NCBI GenBank assembly: GCA_963750035.1
Contig: CAVVPE010000019.1
Coordinates: 61,088-125,087, forward strand
Length of the DNA: 64,000 bases
Direction of reading: 5' to 3'
Origin: an uncultured Acidobacteriota bacterium
GTDB taxonomy: Bacteria > Acidobacteriota > Vicinamibacteria > Vicinamibacterales > CAVVIG01
Below, piece after piece: positions 38,996 through 48,433 of this stretch. Every line of letters begins with the position of its first letter. Positions within the stretch are counted from its first letter, which is position 1. The position numbers and the translations under genes were made by a program. The notes below the pieces were generated by a model. The model was given only the letters and a program-made list of their open reading frames with translations. It ran no database searches and had not been told where the DNA came from.

Positions 38996-40243
38996 GTGGC
39001 CATCGACATTCCCGCAGACGCTGGATCGCCTCTGCTACCGGTATCCGTCCATGCTCGTCGACGCCATTCTCGAGCACGAGGCCGGACGCCGGCTGGTCGC
39101 CGTCAAGAACGTCACCATCAACGAAGAGTTCTTCCAGGGACATTTTCCCGGCGCGCCGCTGATGCCGGCGGTGCTGATGATCGAGTCGTTCGTCCAGGTG
39201 GCGACGATGCTGATTGTCGGCGAGGGGAGGACGCGGGTCTACCTGCGAGGTGTCAACGACGCGAAGTTCCGCCGGCAGGTCGTGCCGGGGGATCGGCTCC
39301 GCGCTCGAGGTCACGCTGGGCAAGCGCCGCGGGCCGCTCGCCATCGCGCAGGCGTCGGCGTTCGTCGACGACCAGATCGTCGCCGAGTGCGAGCTGCTCC
39401 TCGGGTTGGCGGCTGATGGCGCCGACATCGATCCGGCCGCCATCGTCGATCCGTCCGCCGAGGTCGGCGACGGGACCGACCATTGGGCCGCACGCCGTGG
39501 TCGGACCGCATGTCCGCATCGGGCCCGGCTGCAAGGTGGGCGCGTCGGCCGTCATCGACGGGTGGACGGAGATCGGCGAGGGCACCGAGATCTTCCCGTT
39601 CGCCTCGATCGGGCTCGTGCCGCAGGACCTCAAGTTTCGCGGGGAGCCGACGAGGCTCGTGATCGGCGCCCGGAACATCTTCCGGGAGTTCGTCACCATC
39701 AACCGCGGCACGGCCGGCGGCGGCGGCGTCACCCGGATCGGCGATCGCAACGTGTTCATGGCCTACGTGCACGTGGCGCACGACTGCCACGTCGGCAACG
39801 ACACGATCTTCGGCCCGCACGCGACGCTCGGCGGCCACGTCACGGTCGAGGACTTCGCGAACATCAGCGCCGGCTCGGCGGTGCACCAGTTCTGCCGCGT
39901 CGGCCGGCACGCGTTCATCGGCGGCTATTCGGTGGTCACGAAAGACGCGCTGCCGTTCGGCAAGACGGTCGGCAGCCGTCCGGCGCGGATCTTCGGGTTG
40001 AACAGCGTCGGGCTGTCGCGGCGCGGGATCGCACCGGAGGTGATGACGAAGCTGAAACGCACCTTCCGCTACCTGCTGCAGTCGAAGCTCAACACGACCG
40101 GCGCGCTGCGCCAGATCGAGCGCGATCGGACGCTCGCGTGCGCCGAAGTCCAGTACCTGATCGACTTCATCCGCACGTCGCAGCGCGGTGTCATCCTGAG
40201 GCGGGCCACGCGGCGGCAGGAAGAAGTGCTCGCGGACGAATGA
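38996..40243 (+). CDS. lpxA: FabZ (3-hydroxyacyl-ACP dehydratase) domain apparently fused to LpxA (UDP-GlcNAc acyltransferase)
   Basis: YRYPSMLVD, KNVTINEEFFQGHFP, VLMIES, FRRQVVPGD. VAECELLLGL reads in frame into AADGADIDPAAIVDPSAEVG. QDLKF, HVAHDC, GGHV, VHQFCR. Confidence 0.88.
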   Translation: MAIDIPADAGSPLLPVSVHARRRHSRARGRTPAGRRQERHHQRRVLPGTFSRRAADAGGADDRVVRPGGDDADCRRGEDAGLPARCQRREVPPAGRAGGSAPRSRSRWASAAGRSPSRRRRRSSTTRSSPSASCSSGWRLMAPTSIRPPSSIRPPRSATGPTIGPHAVVGPHVRIGPGCKVGASAVIDGWTEIGEGTEIFPFASIGLVPQDLKFRGEPTRLVIGARNIFREFVTINRGTAGGGGVTRIGDRNVFMAYVHVAHDCHVGNDTIFGPHATLGGHVTVEDFANISAGSAVHQFCRVGRHAFIGGYSVVTKDALPFGKTVGSRPARIFGLNSVGLSRRGIAPEVMTKLKRTFRYLLQSKLNTTGALRQIERDRTLACAEVQYLIDFIRTSQRGVILRRATRRQEEVLADE

Positions 40244-40261
40244 TGCCGCTCGCGGACGATA

Positions 40262-41083
40262 ATGCGGCTCGGGCTCATTGCGGGAAATGGCCGCTTTCCG
40301 TTCCTGGTGCTCGACGCCGCGCGCGCGTCCGGCCATCAGGTGACGGTGATCGCCCTGAAGGACGAGGCGTTCCCCGACCTCGCGGCCGTGGCGGCCCGGC
40401 CGCCTGCCGCCGACGTTCATTGGATCTCGATCGGCCAGCTTGGCAAGTGCATCAGCCTCCTGAAGGAAGCCGGCGTCACGCAGGCGGTGATGGCCGGGCA
40501 GGTGAAGCACACGAAGCTGTTCGCCGACATCCGTCCCGACCTGACGGCATTGAGCCTCATCACGAAGCTGAAGGCGCGGAACACCGACGCGATCATCTCG
40601 GCCGTCGCGGACGTGCTGCGGGATCACGGCATCACCCTGCTCGACTCGACGTCTTTCCTCGCGCCGCTGCTGGCGCGCGAGGGCGTCCTGACGCGAAGAG
40701 CGCCGGCCGCCGACGAGCAGGCGGACCTGACGTTCGGGTACGGCGTCGCGGATGCGATTGCCGGCCTCGACATCGGCCAGACGATCGCGGTCAAGGCGGC
40801 GGCGGTCGTCGCGGTCGAGGCGATGGAGGGGACCGACGCGGTGATTGCCCGTGCCGGTCAGCTCGCCGGCCGCGGCGTGCGCATCGTCAAGGTCGCCAAG
40901 CCGAAGCAAGACATGCGCTTCGACGTGCCGGTCGTCGGCGTCTCGACGATCGAGGCGATGAAGGCCGCCGGCGCGACCCTCCTGTCGGTCGATGCCGGCA
41001 AGACGCTGATGATCGATGGCGACGCGATCATCAACGCCGCCGACGATGCAGGCATCGCGATCGTCGGGCGGCGGACCTCATGA
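40262..41083 (+). CDS. lpxI: UDP-2,3-diacylglucosamine diphosphatase LpxI
   Basis: [11 protein letters not shown]; LDIGQT; AVEAMEGTD; [14 protein letters not shown]. Confidence 0.93.
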   Translation: MRLGLIAGNGRFPFLVLDAARASGHQVTVIALKDEAFPDLAAVAARPPAADVHWISIGQLGKCISLLKEAGVTQAVMAGQVKHTKLFADIRPDLTALSLITKLKARNTDAIISAVADVLRDHGITLLDSTSFLAPLLAREGVLTRRAPAADEQADLTFGYGVADAIAGLDIGQTIAVKAAAVVAVEAMEGTDAVIARAGQLAGRGVRIVKVAKPKQDMRFDVPVVGVSTIEAMKAAGATLLSVDAGKTLMIDGDAIINAADDAGIAIVGRRTS

Positions 41084-42010
41084 ATCCGCTGCGGGTCGCA
41101 GTCGTCGGCGTCGGAGCGCTGGGGAAGCATCACGCACGGATCCTGTCGGCCCTCCCGGGTGCATCCCTGGCGGCGGTCGTCGACATCAATCGAACGAGGG
41201 CAGAAGAGATCGCGGCCGCACATCGGACGCGGCCGTTGTTCGACGCGCGTCAGCTCGATGGGCAGGTGGACGCGGTCACCATCGCCGTGCCGACCGAGTC
41301 GCACGCCTCCATCGCCCTGCCGTTTCTCGAAGCCGGGATACCGGTGCTGGTCGAGAAGCCGATCGCACGGACCATCGACGAGGCCGACGCCATGATTGCG
41401 GCGGCCGCCCGTGGCGGCGCGTCGCTGGCCGTCGGCCATACCGAGCGCTTCAATCCGGCGGTGGCGGCGGCGCGCAGCGTGCTCGCCGATCCGCGCTTCA
41501 TCGAGGTGCACCGCCTCGGCGCGTTTCCCGAACGCAGCCTCGACATCGACGTCGTGTTCGATCTGATGATTCACGACCTCGACATCGCGCTGTCGCTCGT
41601 CGGCGCGGAGGTCGAGACCATCGAAGCGGTCGGCGTGCCGGTGCTGACCGGACGCGTCGACATCGCCAACGCGCGCCTGCGGTTCGCCAACGGCTGCATC
41701 GCGAACATCACCGCCAGCAGGATCAGCCGCGACCGCGTCCGGAAGATCCGTTTCTTCCAGCCGTCCGCCTACGTGTCGGTGGATTACGCGGCGCAGAAAC
41801 TGGAGGTCTGGCGGCTCGATCAAGGGCGACGGTCCGCTGCCGACGATCCAGGGCGGCGAGGTCGAGGTCGTCAACGAGGAGCCGCTCAAGCGCGAGCTGG
41901 AAGACTTCGTTCGCGCGGCCGGGACCCGGACGCCGCCGCTCGTCACCGGCGAACAGGGCCGCCGTGCGCTCGCGCTGGCGCAGCAGATAACCGATAGAAT
42001 GGTCGACTGA
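41080..42010 (+). CDS. Gfo/Idh/MocA oxidoreductase, GnnA-like by context
   Basis: [12 protein letters not shown]; LVEKPIA; [10 protein letters not shown]; [12 protein letters not shown]; [14 protein letters not shown]. Confidence 0.85.
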
Positions 42011-42016
42011 ACTGCC

Positions 42017-42130
42017 AGCCACGGAAACGCGACGACGATCAGCCACGAAAACGCGAGAGCACGAAATCTTTGTCCTCGTTGCTCGATGTTTCGTGTTTTC
42101 GTGGCTTCGTGTTTCGCGTGCTCGTGGCTT
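42017..42130. repeat. Mirrored arrays (CACGAAA)n / (TTTCGTG)n, same family as 31189-31285
   Basis: ccacggaaacgcga...ccacgaaaacgcgagagcacgaaa ... tttcgtgttttcgtggcttcgtgtttcgcgtgctcgtggc. Confidence 0.8.
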
Positions 42131-42137
42131 GCCTGAT

Positions 42138-43608
42138 ATGTACGCAGACCTCTCACGATTTTCTCGCCGATCTCGACAAGCGCCGCCTGCTGACGCGGGT
42201 TGCCGAGCCGGTCAGTCCCGATCTCGAAATCGCCGCCGTCACCGATCGCGCGTGCAAGAGCGCGGGCGGCGGGCCGGCGCTGTTGTTCGAGAAGCCTGCC
42301 GGCTTCGACATGCCGGTCGCGACGCAATGTCTTCGGATCGCTGGAGCGAATGTGCCTGGCGCTCGGCGTGAGCACGCTCGACGATCTCGCGCGGGAGATC
42401 AACGCCCTGATGACGCCGCAGATGCCCGAAGGCATCATGGACGCGCTGAAGATGCTGCCGATGGTCGGACGGCTGCGCGATCTGATGCCGAAGACCGTCA
42501 AGGACGCCCCGTGCCAGGAAGTCGTTCAGCGCGATGGCACGCTCGACGCCCTGCCCATCCTGAAGTGCTGGCCCGGCGATGGCGGGCGATTCATCACGCT
42601 GCCGCTGGTCTTCACGAAGGATCCCGAGACCGGCGTCCGCAACATCGGGACGTATCGGATGCAGGTGTTCGACGGCCGCACCACCGGCATGCACTGGCAG
42701 CGCCACAAGGGCGGCGCGCAGCACCACCGCGTCGCAGAACGCCTCGGCAAGCGGCTGGAGGTCGCCGTGGCCCTGAGTCCGGAGCCGGTCCTGACCTACG
42801 CGGCAACCGCGCCGATGCCCGAAGGGCTCGACGAGCTGCTCCTGGGAGGATTCCTGGCGCGCCGCCGCATCGAGCTCGTCAAGTGCGTCACGGTGGACCT
42901 CGAGGTGCCGGCAAGCTCCCACATCGTCCTCGAGGGGTATGTCGAACCGGGTGAGCGCAGGCTGGAAGGTCCGTTCGGCGATCACACGGGGTTCTATTCG
43001 CAGCCCGACGACTTTCCGGTGTTCCACCTCACGTGCGTGACGATGAGGCGGCGGCCGACATACCTGACGACGATCGTCGGCATCCCGCCGATGGAGGACT
43101 TCTACCTCGGGATGGCGAGCGAACGGATTTTCCTGCCGCTCATCCAGAAGACGGTGCCGGAGATCGTCGACATGCACTTCCCGGCGAGGGGATCTTCCAC
43201 AACCTGGTGATTATCTCGATCGACAAGCGGTATCCCGGCCACGCGCGGAAGATCATGAACGCCGTGTGGGGCCTCGGTCAGCTGATGTTCTCCAAGACGG
43301 TCATCGTCGTCGACCGCGACGTCAACGTGCACGATCTGCGCGAGGTGGCGTGGATCGTGGGCACGCACATCGATCCCGTGCGTGACGTCCAGATGACGAA
43401 GGGGCCCGTCGACGACCTCGACGATGCCGCGGAGCTGCCGGCATACGGGGGGAAGATGGGCATCGACGCGACGCGCAAGTGGGCGTCGGAAGGCTACACG
43501 CGGAACTGGCCGTCGCGAATCCGGATGGATGAGGCCGTCGATCGGCGCGCCGCCGACATCTGGGGCCGCCTCACGCGCGGCGCCGGGCCTGGAGCGCGCG
43601 GCGCGTAA
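42138..43608 (+). CDS. ubiD: UbiD-family menaquinone biosynthesis decarboxylase (MqnL-like); frameshifted
   Basis: LPILKCWPGDGGRFIT; RNIGTYRMQ; EGPFGDHTGFYS; GIPPMED; KMGIDATRK. Confidence 0.92.
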
Positions 43609-43821
43609 TTCGGGCGGTGCCGCATGGCCACGAAGCCGCCGCCGGAGCTGCTCGAGTGTCAGCGTCGGCTGACCTGGTCGGCCCGCGATCCGCTCTCCTG
43701 CGAGTCGCGCCGCCAGGCAGGGTTGAAGCCGGCCTCGCGGCGCCCGCCGCCTGGTCAAGACACGCGTAAACCGAGGCGGCAGCCGGAACGCCCCGCGTTG
43801 CCGAGGCTTTTTAAAAGGCCC

Positions 43822-44278
43822 ATGCGAGCTGCAGCATTTCTGCTGATCCTGTGTCTGATAGCGGTCGCGTGCGAATCGCCTGAAGACGCGACGCGCGCGC
43901 GTTTCCAGGAACGGCTCAAGGTGCCCGGCTCGCTGACGCACGCGGAGGTCAACCAACTGGTCAGCTACACGCTCGCGGCCATGGGTGGGCGGCCGGTTCG
44001 TGTGCGTGAGCAGGGCGCCGTCCGTGCGCTGGACGCGAAGGGCCGCGCCGAGGTCCTGACCGTGCTGGGTGGAGGCGTTCCCGGTGAGCGATGCAGGGAT
44101 TCGAAGCGTCGACAATCGGACGCTGCGCGGCATCGAAGGTCCAGGAACGCCGACGCACTCCGAGCTCGATGCCGCACAGACGTTGTGGATCGACATCGAC
44201 ACGTTTCTTCCGCATCGCTTCGAGCTGACTTACAGCCTTCCGGGATTCGGCGACTACGCCTACGACATCGCGTGGTGA
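43822..44278 (+). CDS. Hypothetical lipoprotein; one indel
   Basis: MRAAAFLLILCLIAVA-C lipobox; ends TLWIDIDTFLPHRFELTY...YDIAW*. Confidence 0.65.
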
Positions 44279-44279
44279 T

Positions 44280-44756
44280 GTGACGTTCGCCACGACGTCG
44301 ATCAGCGGTTCGCTGGCATCACGGCCACTCGCTCACCGATTTCTGACGGCGGGCGTCATCCTCCAGACAGGCGTCGTGGCCATTCATTACCTGGTCTCGC
44401 GCGGCGTTCGAGACCTCAGTGCGGGGGCGCTTCGGCTGATGGCCGATGCACCTCCTTCCGACACGGCTGGGGCCATTGCCTGGATATCGCGGCATGACGC
44501 CGTGGCATGGAGCATGACGCCAAGGCTCGCCGCGCTCTTCGCCGGGTATGTCATCACTCTCGCGGTTGCGCGGTATCTGGCACCGTCGCCGTTGCCGTTC
44601 GCAGCGGCGGTATCAGCCCTGCTGCAGTCGGAAGGCTCAATCGGTCGCTCGCCATCGCCCTTGCGCCGCTCGTGGAAGAGCGCGCGCGGCGCCGGCGCTG
44701 GGCGTAGCTGCCGGAACCTCGGCGTTGAGTCGTTGATGGCAGGGCGATCGCGTTGA
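44280..44756 (+). CDS. Hypothetical membrane protein, weakly supported
   Basis: Fills the gap on the operon strand; two hydrophobic segments; no recognisable motif. Confidence 0.4.
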   Translation: MTFATTSISGSLASRPLAHRFLTAGVILQTGVVAIHYLVSRGVRDLSAGALRLMADAPPSDTAGAIAWISRHDAVAWSMTPRLAALFAGYVITLAVARYLAPSPLPFAAAVSALLQSEGSIGRSPSPLRRSWKSARGAGAGRSCRNLGVESLMAGRSR

Positions 44757-44793
44757 GAATGTGGCCGGTTTGCATTTTGCATGAGCTTTGCGC

Positions 44794-45345
44794 ATGGCTA
44801 CCACTGTCGCCCGTAACACCCTGCTGCAACGGCTGATTGGCGCGGCCGCGCTGGATGCGGCGATTTACGAGGAAGTGGAAAGCGATTCCGCGGCGCTGCC
44901 ACAGGCGTTCGCGATCGTCATCGCGTCGAGCCTCGCGGCAGGGATCGGCGCCCGGGGGCTCACCTCCGTCACGATGTCTGGCGTGCTGTTCTACAGCGCG
45001 ATCGCGCTCGTCTCGTGGGCGGCGTGGGCGCTGATCACGTTCGAAATCGGCGCGCGCCTCATGCCGGAACCTCAGACCCGCGTCGACGTCGGCCAACTGT
45101 TGCGAACGATCGGCTTTGCCTCGACGCCGGGGCTGCTGCGGATCCTCGGCGTAATGCCCGCGGTCGCGATCCCGGTATTCGCCGTCACGGCCGTCTGGAT
45201 GCTTCTGGCGATGATCGTCGCGGTTCGACAGGCCCTCGATTACCGGACCACCGGTCCGGCCGTTGCGGTCTGCGCGCTCGGCTGGATACTGGCGATCGCG
45301 ATCGCCCTGGTGCTGGGTGTCATGTTCGGACCAACCGTATCGTAG
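44794..45345 (+). CDS. YIP1-family membrane protein
   Basis: RLIGAAALDAAIYEEVE; LLRTIGFASTPGLLR; VAVRQALDY; five TM segments. Confidence 0.82.
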   Translation: MATTVARNTLLQRLIGAAALDAAIYEEVESDSAALPQAFAIVIASSLAAGIGARGLTSVTMSGVLFYSAIALVSWAAWALITFEIGARLMPEPQTRVDVGQLLRTIGFASTPGLLRILGVMPAVAIPVFAVTAVWMLLAMIVAVRQALDYRTTGPAVAVCALGWILAIAIALVLGVMFGPTVS

Positions 45346-45355
45346 AGAGAGCCTG

Positions 45356-45433
45356 TAATTAGGAATTCTTGAATTAGGGATTTGGAATGCGATGGTCCGA
45401 CATTCCAAATTCCAAATTCTTAATTCATAATTA
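45356..45433. repeat. Mirrored heptamer arrays (GGAATTN)n / (AATTCCA)n
   Basis: taattaggaattcttgaattagggatttggaatg ... cattccaaattccaaattcttaattcataatta; AT-rich island. Confidence 0.85.
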
Positions 45434-45447
45434 CAGGCTCGCAGCCC

Positions 45448-46297
45448 ATGCCTTCGACGCCGATCTCACGTCCCTCGCGTCCAGCCACGACATCATCGCC
45501 ATCGGGATGATGGCGGACGAGGCGCGCCGCGAGCGGCACGGCGCGGTGACGACCTTTGTCCGCGTGGCCGACGTCACCGCCGAACCGGGATCTCCGATCG
45601 TCGTCGCGCCGGCGGCCGGCGAAGTGCGGATCGTCGGCGTGCCGTCGGATCGCAACGCCGCCGTTGCCAGGGTCAGGGAAGTGGCGGCGACGTCGACGTC
45701 CATTCCGGTCTCGGCGTTTTCGCTGGCCGATCTCGAACAGCTCGCGGGGCGCGAACGCGTCACGCTGCGCGCGCTGCTGGAGGAGCTTCGCGCCGCCGGC
45801 CTCGAGCTCGTCGCCGAGGCGCCGTTCGACCAGCTGCAGGACAGCCGCCGGTCGATCGAGGAAGTCAACATCGCCGGCCTCGCGCTCGCTCGCCTGACCA
45901 TCCACCAGCTCCCGTCCGCCGAGGTCCGCCGACCTGATGAAGAGGGTCTCGATGCTGCAGCAGGAGGTCGGGGTGATTCGCGCGTTCGCGCCGCTGCCGC
46001 GCCGCGTGAATGCGGCGGTGCCGACGACCGGCTACGACGATGTCAAGCGCGTGGCGCTGGCGCGGCTCTTCGTGGAGAACATGCCGTCGATCCAGGTCGA
46101 CTGGACGCTCTACGGTCCGAAGCTGGCGCAGGTCGCGCTGACAGTCGGCGCCGACGATGTCGACGCCGTGTCGCCCGCCGACGATGCCGGCACGGGGCCG
46201 CGCCGCGCTCCCCTCGAGGAGATTCGCCGGAACATTCAGGCGGCCGGCCTCGAGCCGATCGAGCGCAACGGGCGCTTCGATCGCCGGGCTTCGATGA
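45448..46297 (+). CDS. MqnE/CofH-family homologue lacking the CxxxCxxC radical-SAM loop (candidate pseudoenzyme)
   Basis: DIIAIGMMADEARRERHGAVTTFV; LLEELRAAGL; TTGYDDVKRVALARLFVEN; GPKLAQVALTVGADDVD; IQAAGLEPIERN. No Cys in the reconstructed protein. Confidence 0.8.
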
Positions 46298-47137
46298 AGA
46301 CGGTTCGCATCGGCGCGGTCGGGTACCTCAACTGCCCGTCCGCTCGTGTATGGCCTCGATCGCTCGCCGCGCTTCCAGGTGCGGTTCGACGTGCCGTCGA
46401 AGTGCGCCGACCTGCTGCACGACGGCGCGGTCGACCTGGGCTTGATTCCCTCGATCGAGTACCTGCGCGGACCGGCCGAAGCGCCGCATACCTACCGGAT
46501 CGTGCCGGGCGTCTGGCGATCGCGTCGCGCGGCCCGGTCGCTTCGGTCGCGCTCTTCACCTCGAAGGCGGTTCGCGACGTGCGGTCGATTGCGCTGGACA
46601 CCAGCTCGCGCACCTCGGTCGCGCTCGTGCGCGTCCTCTGCGCGCGCGAGTTCAAGATCCGGCCGATGCTCGTATTCGAGCGGTCCGCGACCTCGACGAC
46701 ATGCTCGCGCACGGCGGACGCGGCGCTGCTCATCGGCGACACCGCTCTGTTCCTCGAGGCTCGGCAATCGCACCGGCGGGCACCGCCGCTCGAGAAGATC
46801 GATCTCGGCGAGGTGTGGACGCGTATGACCGGATCTGCCGTTCGTCTACGCGTTCTGGGCTGGAAGGCCGGACGCGCTGACGCAGGACGATGTCGCAGCG
46901 CTCCAGCGGGCGCGCGACGAGGGTGTCGGCACGTGCGCCGAGATCGCGGCGGGGTGTTTCCGCGACCGCGCGAGCAACAGGCGATCGGCGCCCGCTACCT
47001 GCGGGATAATATCAAGTACCGATCTCGGCGACGACGAGCGCGCCGGCCTGGAGCTGTTCTATCGGTACGCGGTGGAAGCAGGCGTCGTGAAGAGCACGCA
47101 GCCGCTGCGGTTTTACGAGTGCTTCAGGCGGGCCTAA
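46294..47137 (+). CDS. mqnA: Chorismate dehydratase MqnA; frameshifted
   Basis: RIGAVGYLN.RPLVYGL; DLGLIPSIEY; GPVASVALF; SSRTS; LLIGDTAL; DLGEVW...LPFVYAFW. Confidence 0.9.
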
Positions 47138-47183
47138 AGGCCTGCACTACGACCCGATTGTAGTGCGGACCTTCAGGTCCGCC
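47127..47183. repeat. Inverted doublet of GTAG-type REP hairpins
   Basis: Minus strand GTAGtgcaggcctttaggcccgcc (47150-47127); plus strand GTAGtgcggaccttcaggtccgcc (47160-47183). Confidence 0.8.
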
Positions 47184-47213
47184 GAAGCCTGTAGCGCGGC
47201 CGTTCGGCCGCGA

Positions 47214-48433
47214 ATGACGATGATGCATCGAACGATCGCAGACAAGGTTCGCGCCGGCGAGCGTGTGAGCGGCGAGGAGGCGCTCGAGCTGTATCGCCAC
47301 GCGCCGACGGCCTGCTCGGCCAGCTCGCCGACGCCGTGCGCGCCCGCAAGCATCCCGGACGGCGTCGTCACCTACATCATCGATCGCAACGTCAACTACA
47401 CGAACGTCTGCGTGGCCAGGTGCAACTTCTGCGCGTTCTATCGGCCGGTCGGATCCGCCGAAGGGTACGTGCTCGGCTTCGACGAGCTGTTCAGGAAGAT
47501 CGACGAGACGATCGCGGTCGGCGGCGTCCAGTTGCTGCTGCAGGGCGGGCACAACCCCGACCTGCCGCTGACGTGGTACGAAGATCTGTTCCGCGCGATC
47601 AAGGATCGGTATCCGTCGTTCAAGCTTCACGCGCTGTCGCCGCCGGAGGTGATCCACCTGTCGCGGCTGTCGCAGCTGCCCGTTGCCGAGGTGCTCGCGC
47701 CGCCTCATCGCCGCGGGTCTCGACAGCGTCCCGGGAGGCGGCGCCGAAATCCTCGTCGATCGCGTGCGCAGGCTGCTGCACTGCTACGGCAAGGCGACGC
47801 GCCGACGAGTGGCTCGACGTGATGCGGCACGCGCACCGCGCCGGCCTGCGAACCACCGCGACGATGATGTACGGCACGGTCGAGACCGACGAGGAGCGGC
47901 TCGAGCACCTGCTGCGGCTGCGCGCGCTCCAGGACGAGACCGGCGGCTTCACCGCGTTCATCACGTGGAGCTATCAGCCGGAACACACCGAGCTGGCCGG
48001 CAGCGAAGCGACCGGCGTCGACTACCTCCGCACGCTGGCGACTCGCGCGGATCGTGCTCGACAACTTCGACAACCTGCAGGCGTCGTGGGTGACCCAGGG
48101 CGGGAAGGTCGGGCAGCTGAGCCTCGCCTACGGCGCCAACGACATGGGCAGCGTGATGATCGAGGAGAACGTCGTCCGCGCCGCCGGCGCCAGCTACTGC
48201 ATGGACGAAGTCGAGATCGTCCGCAACATCGAGGACGCCGGCTTCGCCGCGCAGCCGCCGGAACATGCACTACGAAATCCTCGGCGAGCCGATTTTCCGC
48301 GAGCGCGAGGTGCCGCGGATGCTGGAGCTGGCGACGGCGCGCGCGGACGGCGACACGCAGCGTACCGGACGAGCTGCTGAACTATCCCGCGCGCAGCCGC
48401 TCCGGCAAACAGCTGCGCGTCATCTCCCATTGA
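47214..48433 (+). CDS. mqnC: Cyclic dehypoxanthine futalosine synthase MqnC; frameshifted
   Basis: VTYIIDRNVNYTNVCVARCNFCAFYR; LLQGGHNPDL; PGGGAEIL; TATMMYG; GANDMGSVMIEENVV. Confidence 0.93.

Noticed and set aside
39214-41997. 927-aa ORF joining FabZ to the Gfo oxidoreductase
   Set aside because: The middle is the off-frame of lpxA and lpxI.
45937-47163. In-frame fusion of the MqnE-like protein to MqnA
   Set aside because: The junction reads cgATGAag, a typical stop/start overlap that a single indel would restore in an error-rich region. Unresolved, so not claimed.
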